A stretch of DNA of 62,672 nt, the filler included, from Vannella sp. (Eukaryota), in assembly GCA_023345925.1 (NCBI GenBank). It is 4 parts of 4 records of this genome, joined end to end, with 100 filler letters (N's around TTAATTAATTAA, not from the genome) between each part and the next. Parts side by side here need not be neighbours in the genome. Positions count along the whole stretch, not along the records: positions 22,767 to 45,744 come from JAJQQN010000213.1; 3 more parts are not named here. One strand, given 5' to 3'. The notes under the pieces were generated by a model, which saw only the letters and a list, made by a program, of their open reading frames with translations, was not told the origin of the DNA and did not search any database. Shown piece after piece: positions 22,767-36,398 of the stretch (positions are counted from its first letter, which is position 1; the number at the start of each line of letters is the position of its first letter). The position numbers and the translations under genes were made by a program.

Positions 22767-25003
22767 TAATCAACAACTGTCCCTGGAAGAGGATTCTTCA
22801 CTCCACCTCCTCTAGTGTGGTCAAAGATGCGGGTGTGAATCCGCTTCTGCACTATCACAAAGGTCAGCTTGATAGAGGAGTTCTTGCTCGAGAGGATCTG
22901 CTTGAGCTGGGGGACTTCGTATTCGAAGACTTCAAGGAACTGTCCCTCACCGACACCATCGCGGTACACAATGACCTCTCGGGGATAGAAGCCATTGATG
23001 GACTTGAAGTTCTCCATTGCTTCACCAAAGCAGGCAGAGAGCTGGTCGACAATTTCTTGCCCGACACCCTGGAACTTCACTGTGCTGAAGTACTTGGTAA
23101 ATTCTGAGTTTGTTGTGGCGGTGAAGCCGACAACAGAGCGCTTTCCTCGTCCCTTATCACTTTGAGTATCGTGACACACATCAATGCCCACGACCATCGT
23201 CTTGGATTGGCTTGGGGGGATCTTGACGTTCCAAGATTCTCCTCCAAGCTTGCAATTGATTTGCTGAACAATCTTGGTGACAATACTTGGCACCTTGCGA
23301 GGGTTTTGAGATCGACCTCGGGTTCCCATGGACTTGGACCTGACACATTGGGAGGGGATTCCCAGTTGGTGGCAACACACCTGCTTGATCAAGGAGTACG
23401 ATTGTCCACTCTCGTTCTTGAGCATACAGATGACAAGCATGGTGTCCTTAGTGACATTCTGGCGAATGGCTTGTTCAAATTCGCGGGGATTGTCTCGTTG
23501 AATCTTCACTTCAACCGGCTTGGCGAAGGCAATACCGAGCTTCTCAGATTCAGCCTTGATATGTGAAAGCAGTTCCCCTGCTTCAAAGGATACGTCTGAG
23601 GGGTACACAAAGAGAGACTTACGCACTGCGATGGTTTCAGTGAGAGAAGAGACATTCCATGCAGCGGAAGGACCAGCATTGATGGCCTTGTTTCCCATGG
23701 AGATAACCTCTGGGGGAATTTGGCGTCCCTTCACCTTCAGAGGTTCAGTGGAAGTTTTGACGTTCCACTCAGAGAGAGCTTCTTGCACTGGAGTAGACTC
23801 TCCGACAGATCTAGAGAAGTCCCCAAGCTCCTGGAATCGCTTCGAGGGTTCCACTCGTGTGTGGCTAGCAAGATCAGTCATGAGGCGGAAGTCCTTGCGC
23901 ATATCGTCCGTCAATCCGGTCAAGTAGCATAGCTCTGGTACGAGCAAGATTTCTTGACCGGAGCGACGATCAATATGCTTAAGCAGAGGCTGAGTCATAT
24001 TGCGAATTCCCAGTTGGTAGACACTCTTGTAGTATTGCACAAAGGTTGACTTGTTTCCCTTCCACTCAAAGGTCGTCAGAGGGTTGAGTTCCCATTCAAT
24101 CTTATCAATGCGATAAGTTCGGTTGTTGTAGCGGGTGAGCACAATCTGACCCTCGAGGAGCTTTGAAAGGTTGTCATCAGCCTTCACTGTGTCGCCAGAC
24201 TTGTCCCACTCGTCGTACATCATGTCCAATACAGTGTCGATGCGAATCACTTTGTGGGCCAAGTCCGCACACAAAGTGGCCCCTCGCATCGTGCTGTGCA
24301 CGGATGTGAAATAGCCAGGCCACAGCTCCATCTTGAAATTGGGCATCTTGATGGCGTCTTGGGGACGATAGTGTTGGCGCCCCATTGGTGTCAGAGCCAA
24401 CTCACGAAGGACCTTGCGGAAGAGCAGCGTGTAGACCTGCTTGGGAACGTCCTTTGGCTGTAACCGTCTGGTCTGTTGAATGGTGAGCTCATAAGGCTTT
24501 CCATTCCAGAGGCATTCGAAAGTCTGGTCCTCCACACGGTGGGTGGTGAACATGAGGCTTTCCCCATCGAAGAGGAATTGCGTCCCTAGAACTTCACTTT
24601 GCTGTTCCAGGAGACGGAAGCGAGTTCTCTTCTGTTCTAGAACAGGGGTGATGGTAACCTGGAATTGGAAGACCATGTCCGCACTAATGGTGAGGGGATA
24701 GTGGTTGACCGTACACCTGAGGAATTCCTTCGGCTCCACTAGCTTTGGTCGCTCTGCAAGCTGCAGCCTTTGAGTGGCAGGAAGCGGGGCGACTGGCTGG
24801 GTGACGGCAGAGGCTGGATCCTCTGAGACAGTTAACAGCGCCATTCCCTCAGCAAGAGAGGAGTCGGCAGTCTCGACTTGAGAGGTTTGCCCGTTCTTGG
24901 TGACAGAGGGGTTGGCGACCGCGACGGTGTCAGACTGTGAAGTCTCGGCCCCTGCGATTGCCCTTCGTTGGGCATTGCGCTTGCGAGTCTTAGCGTTGGG
25001 CAT
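22767..25003 (-). CDS. PIWI: PIWI-clade Argonaute (3' end lost in gap)
   Basis: PAZ VLTRYNNRTYRIDKIEW; LVPELCYLTGLTDDMRKDFRLM; MID IPSQCV and KIVQQINCKLGG; PIWI MVVGIDVCHD and VYRDGVGEGQ with catalytic aspartates. Confidence 0.95.
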
Positions 25004-25189
25004 GTTTGAGAATGAATGGTTCTCTCACCAAAGCGTGCTTTTCACATGGAGCGAGAGCAAGCTTCCCTTCACCATCAACGAAGGGAATGAAAAGTGGATC
25101 ATGATTGGTCCACAACACCCAATCACGAAAACGAAAAATTCGAGGAACTGGCACTTTTTTTCGGGATCTGTGGAAGTTTGTCATTTTCG

Positions 25190-28100
25190 ATGAGCGCGCA
25201 ACCCGCGACCAACCTCGACCTGTCTTGGTGGAATGATCGAAGTCAACGACAACATGCGCTAGGGAGTGGATTCTCGTCTGATGGGAAACCAGGAGGAGTT
25301 TCTGCTGCAGCAAGTAGCTTCAGTTTTGTTCCTCCTGCGGAGGTGAGCCACTTGCATCGGGGAAGCATGCTTATCCTGATAGCGGGTCTACACAGTTAAG
25401 GGAGAGGGTCTCTCAGACACCAATTGCAACGAAACAGATGGCTGTGGTAGCTGAGCGAGTGCCCCTCCCAAGTTTCTCACCCAGGCAAAATAGCTTTCCC
25501 CAACAGGCGCTCTCAACGCCAATGCCAACACCAGCTGTTGCACCTCCGTTTGAAAGTGGGCTAGCCACTGTTTCTGCACCCAAGTTTCAGATTTTCCCGA
25601 AGTTGAACCCGATGTTTACCCCCAAATCCCCTCATCCTCCTGATGGGGGATCTTTCGCCCTGCAGGCAGAGCCGAAGAAGCAGGATTCGCTCACTATCTC
25701 ACTCGACGATGATGATGATTGGGGAGATTTGGATTTGGACGAAGTAAAACGCCTCTGCAAGTCTATTTCGTTGTTTACTGACTTGGTGAAATAGATAGAA
25801 AGGAGCGCTTCTAGTTCTCTTTTACAACAAGAATCATCGCCCGCATTCTCAAAGTCACCCCCCTTCATTGCCGATCGAAGGGAATCCCAAAGATTGCATT
25901 CCCTCCCAAGTTTGCTCCTTCTCAGCGACTATGAGCTCGAGAAACTCAAGGCTGATGTTGAGAATGAATTCTCTCGTAGGCGCCTGAGGAGCTCCACAAC
26001 ACTTGAAGCCAAATCCAAAGCGGGCTCGACCATTTCCGAATTTTCCTCATACTCCAACGACTTCGATTCAGCTAATGATGAACTGTATCCAGTTCCTGAG
26101 GACGCCTACGAGGGTTTCGTTGACCAGCCATCAGAAAGGATGAACTCTTGGTCAAGTGGAGATAACTCTTCCAGGATGGAAGTTGATGCTCACTTTGATT
26201 CTCAAGAATTTTGCGAAATGGTGGAGGATAAGTTTCCCATCCCTTCTCCGATTGGCTTTCAACCCCAACAGTTTAAGGACTCTGATGGCACCTCTGAGTT
26301 GATTGCTCTCAATCGGAATTCCCCCAAAACGAGATGGGCTGGACACGGCTTTGCTTGGAGCAAAGAGCTGACTCAAGCACTTCGCGAGGTGTTTGGACTG
26401 TACGACTTTCGTGAGAAGCAGCTTGAGGTCATCAATTGCTTTATGTCTGGGAAAGATGTGTTTGTTCTCATGCCCACTGGAGGCGGAAAGAGTCTCTGCT
26501 ACCAATTGCCTGCGGTAATTTCTCCTGGCGTTACGATCGTTGTGTCACCGCTTGTCTCTTTGATACAGGACCAAGTGATGCAGTTACGAAATTTAGACAT
26601 TTGTGCTGATTTTCTGGGCGCTGGACAAGATCAAAGCCAAGAGAACCAGGTTTATCAAGATCTACGTGACCCAAACGGGATAATCAAAGTGCTTTATATC
26701 ACACCTGAGAAACTCTCCAAAAGCAACAAATTCCAGAACGCCTTGTCGCATTTGCAAGAGCGCGGAAGAGGCATCTCTCGAGTGGCAATTGATGAAGCGC
26801 ATTGCGTCAGCCAGTGGGGAAGAGATTTCCGTCCCGACTACAAGGAGTGCAAACTCTTCAAGGAGATGTTCCCCAGTGTTCCAGTGATTGCATTGACCGC
26901 CACTGCCACAGATACAGTAAGAACTGATGCAATCATGCAGCTGAAGCTCCACAGTGTCGAGCAGTTTCAAACAAGCTTCAACCGAAGGAATCTGCGTTAC
27001 GAAGTGCGACAGAAGAAAGGTAAAGAGAGCTTCGAGGACATGTGTAACTGGATCAAAACTACCTACAAGGACAAAAACGGGATCATTTACTGCCTGTCGC
27101 GGAAGGAGTGTGAAGATGTCGCAGAGAAACTTTGTAGCAACAACATCAAGGCCAACTTCTACCACGCTGAGCTGGATGCTGCAGAGCGAACAAATCGGCA
27201 GAATGCCTGGAACCGAGGTGTTTATCATGTCATGGTTGCAACTATTGCCTTTGGTATGGGCATCAACAAAAGCAACGTGCGCTTTGTTATCCATTTTACA
27301 ATGCCCAAGTCAGTTGAAGGATACTATCAGGAGAGTGGCCGTGGCGGCCGTGATGGTTTGGTTGCCCACACACTCCTTTATTACTCTTACGCAGACACTA
27401 AGAGAATCGAGAGACTACTTGAAGGAGGAGTTGGACCACATCCAAACCAGGATCAGCGCACGCAGTTACAGCAGAACAAAAAGAATCTCTTTGCAATGGT
27501 GAACTTTTGCGAGAATCTCGAAGAGTGCCGACGTGTCCAGTTGCTCAAGTATCTTGGAGAGACCAGCTTTACCAAAGTACAGTGTGGGCGTACTTGTGAC
27601 AACTGTTGCAATCCCTGTTCTGTCGAACGACGGGACATGACTGCCCACGCTCGGAGTCTCGTTAGTATCCTCTCAAGTATGGGAGGGAAACACACCATTC
27701 TTCAGTTGGTCAGTGTCTTCCGAGGAAGCAATGCCGCCGCTATCAAAAGCGCAGGACACGATAAATTGGCGGAACATGGCAGTGGAAGGCAAGTAAACAG
27801 GGCAGATGCCGAACGCTTAGTACAAGAAATGGTTCGCGAGGGACACTTCGAGGAGGAGATTGTCTTCAACAAGTTCAGAGGAACCTCCACCACTTACATC
27901 AAATCCAGCCGTCGCCCTCTTCCTACCAAGTTTTTCTTAACTTTCCGCCAGAAACATGCTCCTTTGGGCAGTACCAAAGCACTCAGTGCCTCTCGAAAGC
28001 AGCAACTGACCGACCTCCTAATCAAGGAGCTGCAGACTGTTCAGCAAATCCACGTCAAGAACGGTATCGAGCCTAAAGCTTGTGCTGAACTGATCAAGCT

Positions 28101-28572
28101 TATGGCAATTGAGCTACCAAGCACCCCATTCGACCTCCAGACAGAGGCATTTGGTCGCATATGCTCGAAGGAACAGCTGCAGCGTTTTGGCCGAGAGTTC
28201 ACAAAGACCATCAACAAGTTCATGGACGAGCATCCTGAAATCAAGAACATCGCTCCAGGTGCGGAGAAGCCCTCCGGATCAGATTTCTCGAGGGGTGGGA
28301 ACATCGAGAGTGAGGATCTACCAAGTGTAATTCCTTCTTCTTCCGCTGTTCCTCGCGGCCGTCGGCCTCAATCCGAGGTAGCCGTTAAAAACTGGCCACC
28401 CTCATCCAACGCAAAGTTCGCATTCCCATCGCCATCCCACAAGACTGCTGACAAAGGGAAAAAGGAAGCCCCCTCTCGCAGCAACGCCATCCGTCCAATG
28501 AAGCCGACCCGCTTTGCCAAGAAGCCATCCTTCACTGCAGCACTCAAGAAGGGTTCCTTCGGCGGGATTTGA
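25190..28572 (+). CDS. BLM: RecQ family DNA helicase (BLM/Sgs1-like)
   Basis: FREKQLEVIN, MPTGGGKSLCYQLP, IDEAHCVSQWGRDFRPDY, ATIAFGMGINK, YYQESGRGGRDG, RQC CRR...CGRTCDNC; N-terminal exons from MSAQPATNL (25190) via introns ~25343-25390 and ~25744-25793. Confidence 0.93.
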
Positions 28573-28629
28573 CCCCATCACAGTGCCCGCCACCAAGGAC
28601 ATAAAACAGCCGATTGAAACTTCAAGGGA

Positions 28630-28734
28630 GAGAGAATCCACGAGCCTGGTGATGGGTCGCACATTGGAAGATAGTTGAACCTAAAAACCTAAACCCTGAT
28701 TCCATTCGCCATCGGTTTTGGTGCCCTTTTTGAA
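28630..28734 (+). repeat. Dispersed intergenic repeat family B (diverged copy)
   Basis: gagagaatccacgagcctgg...agttgaacctaaaaac...gattccattcgccatcggttttggtgccctttttgaa, similar to copies at 35399, 45665 and 62533. Confidence 0.7.
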
Positions 28735-28989
28735 CCTGTTCTGGTTGCGCAGGAGGTCGCCCAGCTAACCAACATGATTTTCTCACAATTTACTCTATTG
28801 GGGGCGTTGTTCAAGTCCTGGAAGGCTCGCTAGCGGAACGATTTTCTCTTCCTTGAATTTCCCCGTTTAGGAATGCGAGGGTGGCTCTTCAACCAATTCC
28901 TATCCGCTTAGGATAACCAACGCGAAATCTACGAGAATTAGTAAAATCGAAAAGATTCCAGTTGGGCTGGGCATTCTATTTTGGTGTGG

Positions 28990-31900
28990 ATGGAAGCAGC
29001 ATTGGCGCTCCGCAGCGTCAGCGCCGTGAAGAAACTACTCGCGAAAGACAAGAAAAAGAGCTTGGTGAATGAGGTGCTGGTGCAAGGAAAGGTTCGTTGG
29101 GTGTAGGAGAGGGCGTGGACTGACCTCTCCTTGGCAGAGCCCGCTTCATGTGTCCAGCGGGAATGGCGACGTTGACCTCGTTAAGCTGCTGCTCAAGAAA
29201 GGCGCGGATCTCTCTCGCACAGATGACAAAGGCTTCACTCCTCTTCACTCTGCTTGCAAAGCAGGGCACCTTGAAGTGGTGAGTACTCTGCTCGAGGCAA
29301 GGTCTGACGTGTGTCAACGAACGGCAGAGGGGAACACTCCATTCCATCTGTTAGTCTCTATGACACCTCCCAAAGACATAAGCCCTTTCTTCCAGACCCT
29401 AGAAGCGATGAAAACAGCAGGAGCGGATCTCGACGAGCGCAACGACTTTGGAGAGACGCCTTTGCACTGTGCTTGCTCATTGAACATGGAGAAGACTGCC
29501 TTGTGGCTCATCAGGCAAGGAGTAGACGTGAACTTGGGAGACACACAAGGAGATACGGCCCTCCACAACGCGGCTGCTCAAGGTTCCGAGAGCCTTGTCA
29601 CCTTGCTCATACGTGCAGGAGCTTCTCTCACAAGAAGTGGAGCCAATGGAACCGCACGCTACGTTGCCGAGATGGCAGAGCGAGCGGAAATTGTGTACTT
29701 GATCGATGATTTGAGCAAAGAAGTGCCCGCTGAGCGCCAGACACCTTGCATTGTTATCAATGGTAAGAAGATAGATAGCCAACAACTGGAAGAGTACCGG
29801 GAACTCTACAAAGCAGCGTGCAGTCAAATAGGGACCAAGATCAAGAGTCTTTCAGTGACGAAGAGCAGCAAAGCCAATCAGGTCATTAACGAGATCTCAG
29901 AACAAGCTGCCACGTACAACTTTATCATCAAGATACTTCGAATCAACCAGCAACTCTTGGAGCCCCAAGATCTCACAGAAATCTTGTGGAGCGGGTTTCT
30001 GTGGGATGACAAAGGTGCTCGTCTGTGGTACCGCGTAGAGAGCAATAGCTTAGTAGGATACGCAGAGCCACTACAAACTCCAGATTCTACTGCTCAGCCA
30101 GTCACTACCATCGAGCTCCAAGGCAATGTCAGCTTCCGCGCATACGCGAAACAGCCTCAAATGGTCACTTTGATTCGAGTAGGAAGTTTCTCATTGAAGA
30201 CAGAAGAGCACTACTCGATTGACACCTCTTTTGAGTCTGATTCTCGGTACTTCCTTCGCACGTTGGTTCGTGTGAGCGGATCTCCGGTCGAGTTCATTGA
30301 TTCAAAGCAGCTCATTTCTATGATCAATCGGTTGGCATCGGAGAGGAAGCTCCATTCCCCAAGAGCAGAGAACGGATCACCAATGTCAGAGGCTTCTCAT
30401 ATCCGAGCGAAGCGGAGTTCGAGCACCTCTTCGGTTCGGATTCGGAGTTCGACAAGCAGTATTCGTTCAGCTTTCCAGAAGAACGTCTCCACGACCATCG
30501 CCTCTCCTCCAAGGCTTGGTTCGACACTGAAAACTCATTCTGCCAGCAAAGATCTCCGGAAATCAGTCCAACCGGCAACTGCTGACCCTGAGCAGAGTCG
30601 GTATGGAGCCATAACGGACGACGGGACGATTTTGAGCACAAACTTCTCCTCTTTCTTTTACAGTGAAACTTTCCCGTCCATTCAAATGACTGAGGTTGAT
30701 TCCAACGAGAAGCACTCCTACATTCTCACTTCTGGTTGCTTGCGGTCTACAATGCAGTATTTACTACTTCATTGCCATCCCGCTCTCTTTGGTAGGTCCT
30801 AGAAGCTCTTTCGAATCTTCGCTGACCCTCTTCTAGTGGGTAACAGAGATTTAAAGGCATTCTACTTGTCATTTTACCGTTTTGGGAGCATTCAAGAGAT
30901 TATGGCTACCCTGGCGACCGTTTGGCGCCAAATGGCTGAATTTTCACCGCCGGCTCCGTACAATTCCGTTGACAAGCGGTCACAGTAAGTGCCAACAGAG
31001 AGTTTTGGCATCCTACTGATTCGCTTAGGCTCTTTTTCTTTCTGAAAGGGTTCATAAGCGCTCCATTTGTGCTGAAAAACGATGAGGAAGAACTTCTTTT
31101 TCGCGAGAAACTGGTCGATTTCTATTCTGCCGAGGTTCCTGACCCTTGCGATCATTTAGAAAAAGGGAGTATCCTTCGCGCACAGTTAGAGTGCATCGGA
31201 AAAGAGCATCTGGCGAAGAAAATGGAAAGAAAATCCAAAATGGCGACTTTGTTTGGACTGGGAGAGGTCCAATCACCCACTCTGGATATGACTGAGCTTC
31301 AGCCAGAGCTCGTCGCCAATCAGATAACTCTAATTCACGCCGAAATCTATCGGCAACTGTGCCTGAGCGAGATATTGGATTTGCGGTTCCAAAAAGACAA
31401 AGGAAACAGTCCCGCTCTCAATCGGGTCCACGAATTCTCTAACAAGGTAAGGGATTGCCATTTGAGACTCGATTTTCATCCTCTGAATCAACATCAGATC
31501 TATTTAACTGTCCCCACAACCATCCTCGCTCCAGATGACCCAAGCACCCAAATCCTCATTCTGAAGAAGTGGGTTACTGTTGCCAGTGTGAGTATCTCCC
31601 TATTGGATTGATATCCTTCTGATAGTGAGAAGATCCTGTTCAAGAACCGGGACTACAACAGTGCTGGGCAGATTGTTAACGGAATATCTGAAACTTCCAT
31701 CACGCGCCTGAAACATCTGAGAGAGGTCCGGAATCCCACCCATTCGCTCTCTGGGGTCTAAGTTTTGGTCTTACAGAGCCTTTCCGCTAAATGGATAGAA
31801 CGCTTCGAGCGGATAAGCCAAGCTTTGGAGCCAGAAGGTAGTTTCAAGAACTATCGACGACTCCCCAAAGATGCTCCTTGCATCCCGTACATAGGTAAGA

Positions 31901-32722
31901 GGAGCGTAAAGGCTCGGAAGTGATTCATTTGTGGACTAGGAGTGGGACTGAAGGATCTGACTTTCACTTTGGATGGAAATCCGGACATTGTGGAGGAGCT
32001 TTTCAATTTCCGGAAGATCCGCTTGATTCACGACGTTCTGGATAGCTGCTTTATTGAGCAACCAGAGAAACTCAGTTATTCTCACTTGGAGACCAACTTT
32101 GCCGTCACTCACGCGATTGTCAGCGTAAGTTGAAGCTTATTCGTTGCTGGGCCGGTGCTTATACAAGTAGATGGAGCCTCTGACTAGTGACAAGCTTTAT
32201 GAGCGGTCAAAACAGATCGAAAGCTCTCGAAATGCCATGTCAGAGGAGTGCGAAGATGTTCCTCTCCTCCGGCGTGAGATCAAGCTCCTCCGTCTAGAGT
32301 TAGCCACTCTCAAAGACACTCTTGCAAGTAGAGAGGACGAACTACAAAGGCGCGATGAGACCATCCAAAAGTACAAAAGGCAGTTGGCAGACAAGAGTGG
32401 AGAGGGCCGAAGGAGTAGTTTTGCTCGGAGAGCATCGTTGGGTGCTCGGGGAAGTCTTCAGTCTGTACTTAAGAGTTCTACTGGCTCTCCTGTGGAGCCA
32501 TCAGACGAATCAGGAGCTTTTGTTGTCGGCCGCAGGCAGAGTGTCATTGAAGCTGCCGAGGATGACTTCCCAGATGACTTGAACTTGATCTCCTACAGTA
32601 TTACAGATGGCTCCAGCGATGACGATGATTCAAACGAGTCACTTGACAGTTTATCCCGCGAGGAATTGATCGCTCGACTGAAAGCAATGTCTTCGCCTTT
32701 CTCCAACGGATCTCCTCCCTAA
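28990..32722 (+). CDS. Ankyrin-repeat, PH-like, RasGEF (CDC25) domain protein
   Basis: Several TPLH ankyrin repeats; CDC25 motifs PELVANQITLI, PCIPYIG|VGLKDLTFTLDGNPD...NFRKIR; C-terminal coiled coil; multiple introns. Confidence 0.88.
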
Positions 32723-32885
32723 CCCTTGTAATACACTTTTTGTTCTCCTTTTCAGCGGCGTTACAACACTCCGCCGCATCTGGTGCTCGGCATCAGAAAG
32801 AAGGACGAGAATGAGAATTCAGATACTTTTAGAGACATTCATTTGGTCTGGGAGGGAGCGTTGGAGACCAAAGGGGGGAAGCAGG

Positions 32886-33734
32886 TTAAAACTTCATTCG
32901 ACAGCAGTTCTCGGAGAGTTTGCCAAATCCGTGGGAGTCACAGAGGAAGCCAGCTCGCTTTGGACCCTGCCCCAACGCGTCTCCGCATTTGGCACAAAAG
33001 TTCTATTTCCCTTCCTTTTCAGTCTCACAGAAACACCCTTTCACGAGGAAGCTCCCTTACCACACGGGGAGCGCAAGACTTGCAGAAACGGCCGTCATAT
33101 CCTCCATGAGGTGACGAACAGACCACACAAGGATCTCCCTTGGCGCAGTTGACACACAAAGACGGCTTGGCGGCTGCTGAAAGAGTGAATGCGTCACAGC
33201 GCTGATAGTTACGACGTCTTCTCTCGAGGAGAGTGTTCATTAGGACTTGAGAGCGCCCAAACATCAGCCCGAAGAAGGCCAACTCGGTGGGAATGCTTCC
33301 TCCCAGCTCCCACTCGTCACCAGCGTGTCCTCTGGGATGGTCTGAACCTCCTTCAACCTTTCTGATCTTTCTGTTATCGTCCGAGGCTTGGATGAGCTCC
33401 CAGGTTAGAGGGGACTTGTACTGGATGGATGTGCAAGCAAAGTGTCCGTTTTTGTCGGTCTGGAAGGTCCAGAAGGGCGCTGCAGACTCATTAGGGAAGA
33501 ACCAACTCCAAGCCCCGTTCGTGTACTCTCCGTATCCTCCGTGGCACACGGAAGGATCGAGAAGGCGGAAGTGCCGACCATCCCACGAGTAGGTTACCTT
33601 CGCGACACCTTCAACACACTCCAGCTACTCAGCATAAGTAACCATCTTCATAGAATACGCGTAGATACCTTTCCATCACCGAAATTCCAACGCTCCTTCT
33701 CATTCATCACAAACCCCCTCCCCACTTCCGCCAT
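32886..33734 (-). CDS. Hypothetical protein with a C-terminal PHF5/Rds3-like Cys cluster
   Basis: Spliced (introns ~33625-33668 and 33003-33060): ...RCDAF..LCVNCAKGDPCVVC..RFCKSCAPRV|NFCAKC..FLCDSH..ENCCRMKF*. Confidence 0.55.
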
Positions 33735-33943
33735 TCTCTCCAAACAAAGAATGAAACCTCTCGGAGCTCTTCTCACTCCTGCAATGCAATGGAACTGGCT
33801 AGTTTCCCTCCTTTGGATCCCTACAGACCCAACTAGAGCCAGAAGAGCCAATCCCTGTTTCTTCATTGTTTGGGTTCGTAGAAGTGCGTTGGGGAGGAGG
33901 ATAAGCAGGATAAGGAGGAGAGAGGTAAGGTAGATGAGGGTTT

Positions 33944-35332
33944 CTATTTCTTCGTTGCAGCAGAGTCGCTTCGGCAGCGGGAACAGAGGCACACAAAGTA
34001 AAAGGCTCGGAGGAGAGCCGTTTGGCGAGAGCGGAACTCTTCGTTGGAGACTCCCATGTAGTCAAAACACAATTCTTCTCCCTCTTCAATGTCTTTGATG
34101 GCAAAGATGGTCAAAGTGTGGTCCCTAACGGAGATAAGGAACTTGGAATGGAGCCAGGCAAAGTGACTTACTCGTTTACGGAGGCCACTTTGCAATTGGG
34201 GTCGCATGAATGATTCAGGTTATGGTGTACTTGAAAGAGACCCGCTGCCATGGAGTACTGGCCCCCACTGGTTCAGAAAAGCGGCCAGAAAGAAAAGGGA
34301 AATACTGACTTCGATGCGTTCCACCTGTTTGGCCCCTAACTGGGCAAGGATTGGGCTTATTGTTCGACTTACTGACGGACTGGATTCCTGTTCAGGGGTC
34401 AGACGGGCCCAGTACTCGTCAAAAGGAGCTCTGGGGACAATCATTTGCTGATTGACATTGAGCATGTCCAACACTCCTTTGAAGAACTCCACTTCTAGCC
34501 CTATCTCAGACCCTAGTCAGATCCCCTGTCTTGTCATCTGTCCCTTTGCGCACACGGGTGATCCGGGGGAAGATAATCTACAAAGATATGGTGGTAAAGG
34601 GCGATAATTTGGCGATATCTCGCCATTGTGCCTTCTTGGACCTTCTCTGGATGGGTGCAAAACGCTCCAAAGAGACGGTTCCACACTTCTACTTCCCCAC
34701 CGACTGCTTCTCTCTCTTGCAGACAGCGAGCGATCATATTGGCCACCAGAAGGGGGAGATGGTTGCCCAAGTGCTCGCACTCTTCAAGAAGAAGGCGGAA
34801 CGGGTGGGCGAGGTCTTGCAGAAGGGTACTTTGAGGGAAGCAGAGGAAGCTGTGGCCTTGGGAGGCCTGCTGATCGCGGCAAGCCAGACTGCAGTAGATT
34901 GCACTGCACTGGCCTGGGCAGGGGAGCTTCTCTGTGGGTGAAAGGATCTTCTTTTCATGGGGTAGTACTTTGACCTTCTTCAGCGGTCCTTTGAGGTCCA
35001 CATAGCCCGAAAGGGACTCGATTGGGGTACAAAGGGCTCGTTGGCAAAGGTTGCAGGCTGCTACCCTCTTCTACAAGAGTACTTAGATGTTGATGATGTA
35101 GAGACTCACTTCTAACTCACCCCCACAGCCATCATCTGCTGGGAGAGGACCGGAGTCTCCTCAAAGACGCATTCGCCCTCCGCAAAGGCTCTTTGAGCGA
35201 AGAGGGCGGCTCCTTTGCCCTTGACCACCTTCCGCTCTACCTCCTCATCAGTCTCCTGCCCGCTCAGCCTCCCTCGTCCTCAAACGACCTACGAATTGCT
35301 CCCTCAAACCGCTCAGGCAACTCCGTGGCCAT
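33944..35332 (-). CDS. SET and MYND domain (SMYD-like) lysine methyltransferase
   Basis: GKGAALFAQRAFAEGECVFEE, CSAIYCSLACR (MYND), NHSCDPN, AIKDIEEGEELCFDY, post-SET FVCLCSRC; several introns. Confidence 0.88.
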
Positions 35333-35398
35333 CTGGATGGCAGCAAAAGACTCTTCTAGTCGACCCTTCAGGACAAGTCACCTCAAGGCCTGCGGAAT

Positions 35399-35514
35399 GA
35401 GAGAATCCACAAGCCTGGGCGATGGATTGGACGCAAAAAGTTGAAAACCTAAAAACATATAAAAATCCGATTCCGCCCTCTCGCCATCGATTTTGGAGTC
35501 CTTTTTTGAAGGGG
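35399..35514 (+). repeat. Dispersed intergenic repeat family B
   Basis: gagagaatccacaagcctgggcga...aagttgaaaacctaaaaacatataaaaatccgattcc...tcgccatcgattttgg...ttttttgaagg. Confidence 0.8.
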
Positions 35515-36398
35515 AGCAGTCGGTGGCCTCCGTTGGATTTTCTCATTACAACAAGGACATCCGATCATATGGTCGCCAACGGTGTGCTTTTGAACAAGTC
35601 CAAATCATCGTTGCAAGGTCGATTTGGCTGAAGTGAGTGGGCTAATATACGGACATCCATAAAATGGGAGATTTGCACGAGCAAGCTAAGTCTCGTTCCA
35701 AGTTGGTTGCAAAGAACTGAAGATCCAGGTTAGAAACTCCAACGAACAACAGCAGTGAGTAATCACGTGATTTGGCGCTCCTGGTACAGGCACACGAGCT
35801 CTCTCTGGAAACGCAAGCGTTTATCGCCAGGCTGCCCAGCTCCCTGAATTCGGAGTGATCCAAATAGGGATTCAACAAAGATGGGTCAGGAATGAATCCA
35901 AGACGGAGGGCTTATCGCACATAGAAGAGAGAGCCGATGCCTGACTCGAACAGACAACGGCTCTGCTTGCCTTCCTCGAAGGAAGTTCTCTTTTACGAGT
36001 GACCCCGCTCAAGGAAGCTCCCAAAATGAGAAGAGAATGGACCAGAAGCCTATTTGTGTGGTTGCTCTTCCCAATCAAGGAACAGCGGCCCTTAAAACGG
36101 TGTGCCCACTAAGAAGGCCAAGTCGGAAGGCTTCTGATGTGCATTACGTGGGAGACAGCTTGCCTTTGTTCACACAACGGAGCGTGATACTGCCCAGTCA
36201 GCTGCGTCGCCGCCCTAAAGCAAGACTCTTCTGTGCTCAAAAGACCTCTAAAGACCTACGAATCGCTCGCTCAAAGCACTCGGAGCATTCTGTGGCTATC
36301 TGGATGGAGAAGCCACCTTTGGTCGCTCCATTCCCTTCAGAAACGCCTCAACTTCGAGGAAGCACATCGCCGGAGCAAGAGCAGACTTCATCAGCTGT

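Noticed and set aside
21231..25003. Convergent MVP-PIWI adjacency as a vault/small-RNA module
   Set aside because: The two genes are on different contigs joined by an artificial spacer, so adjacency is unproven.
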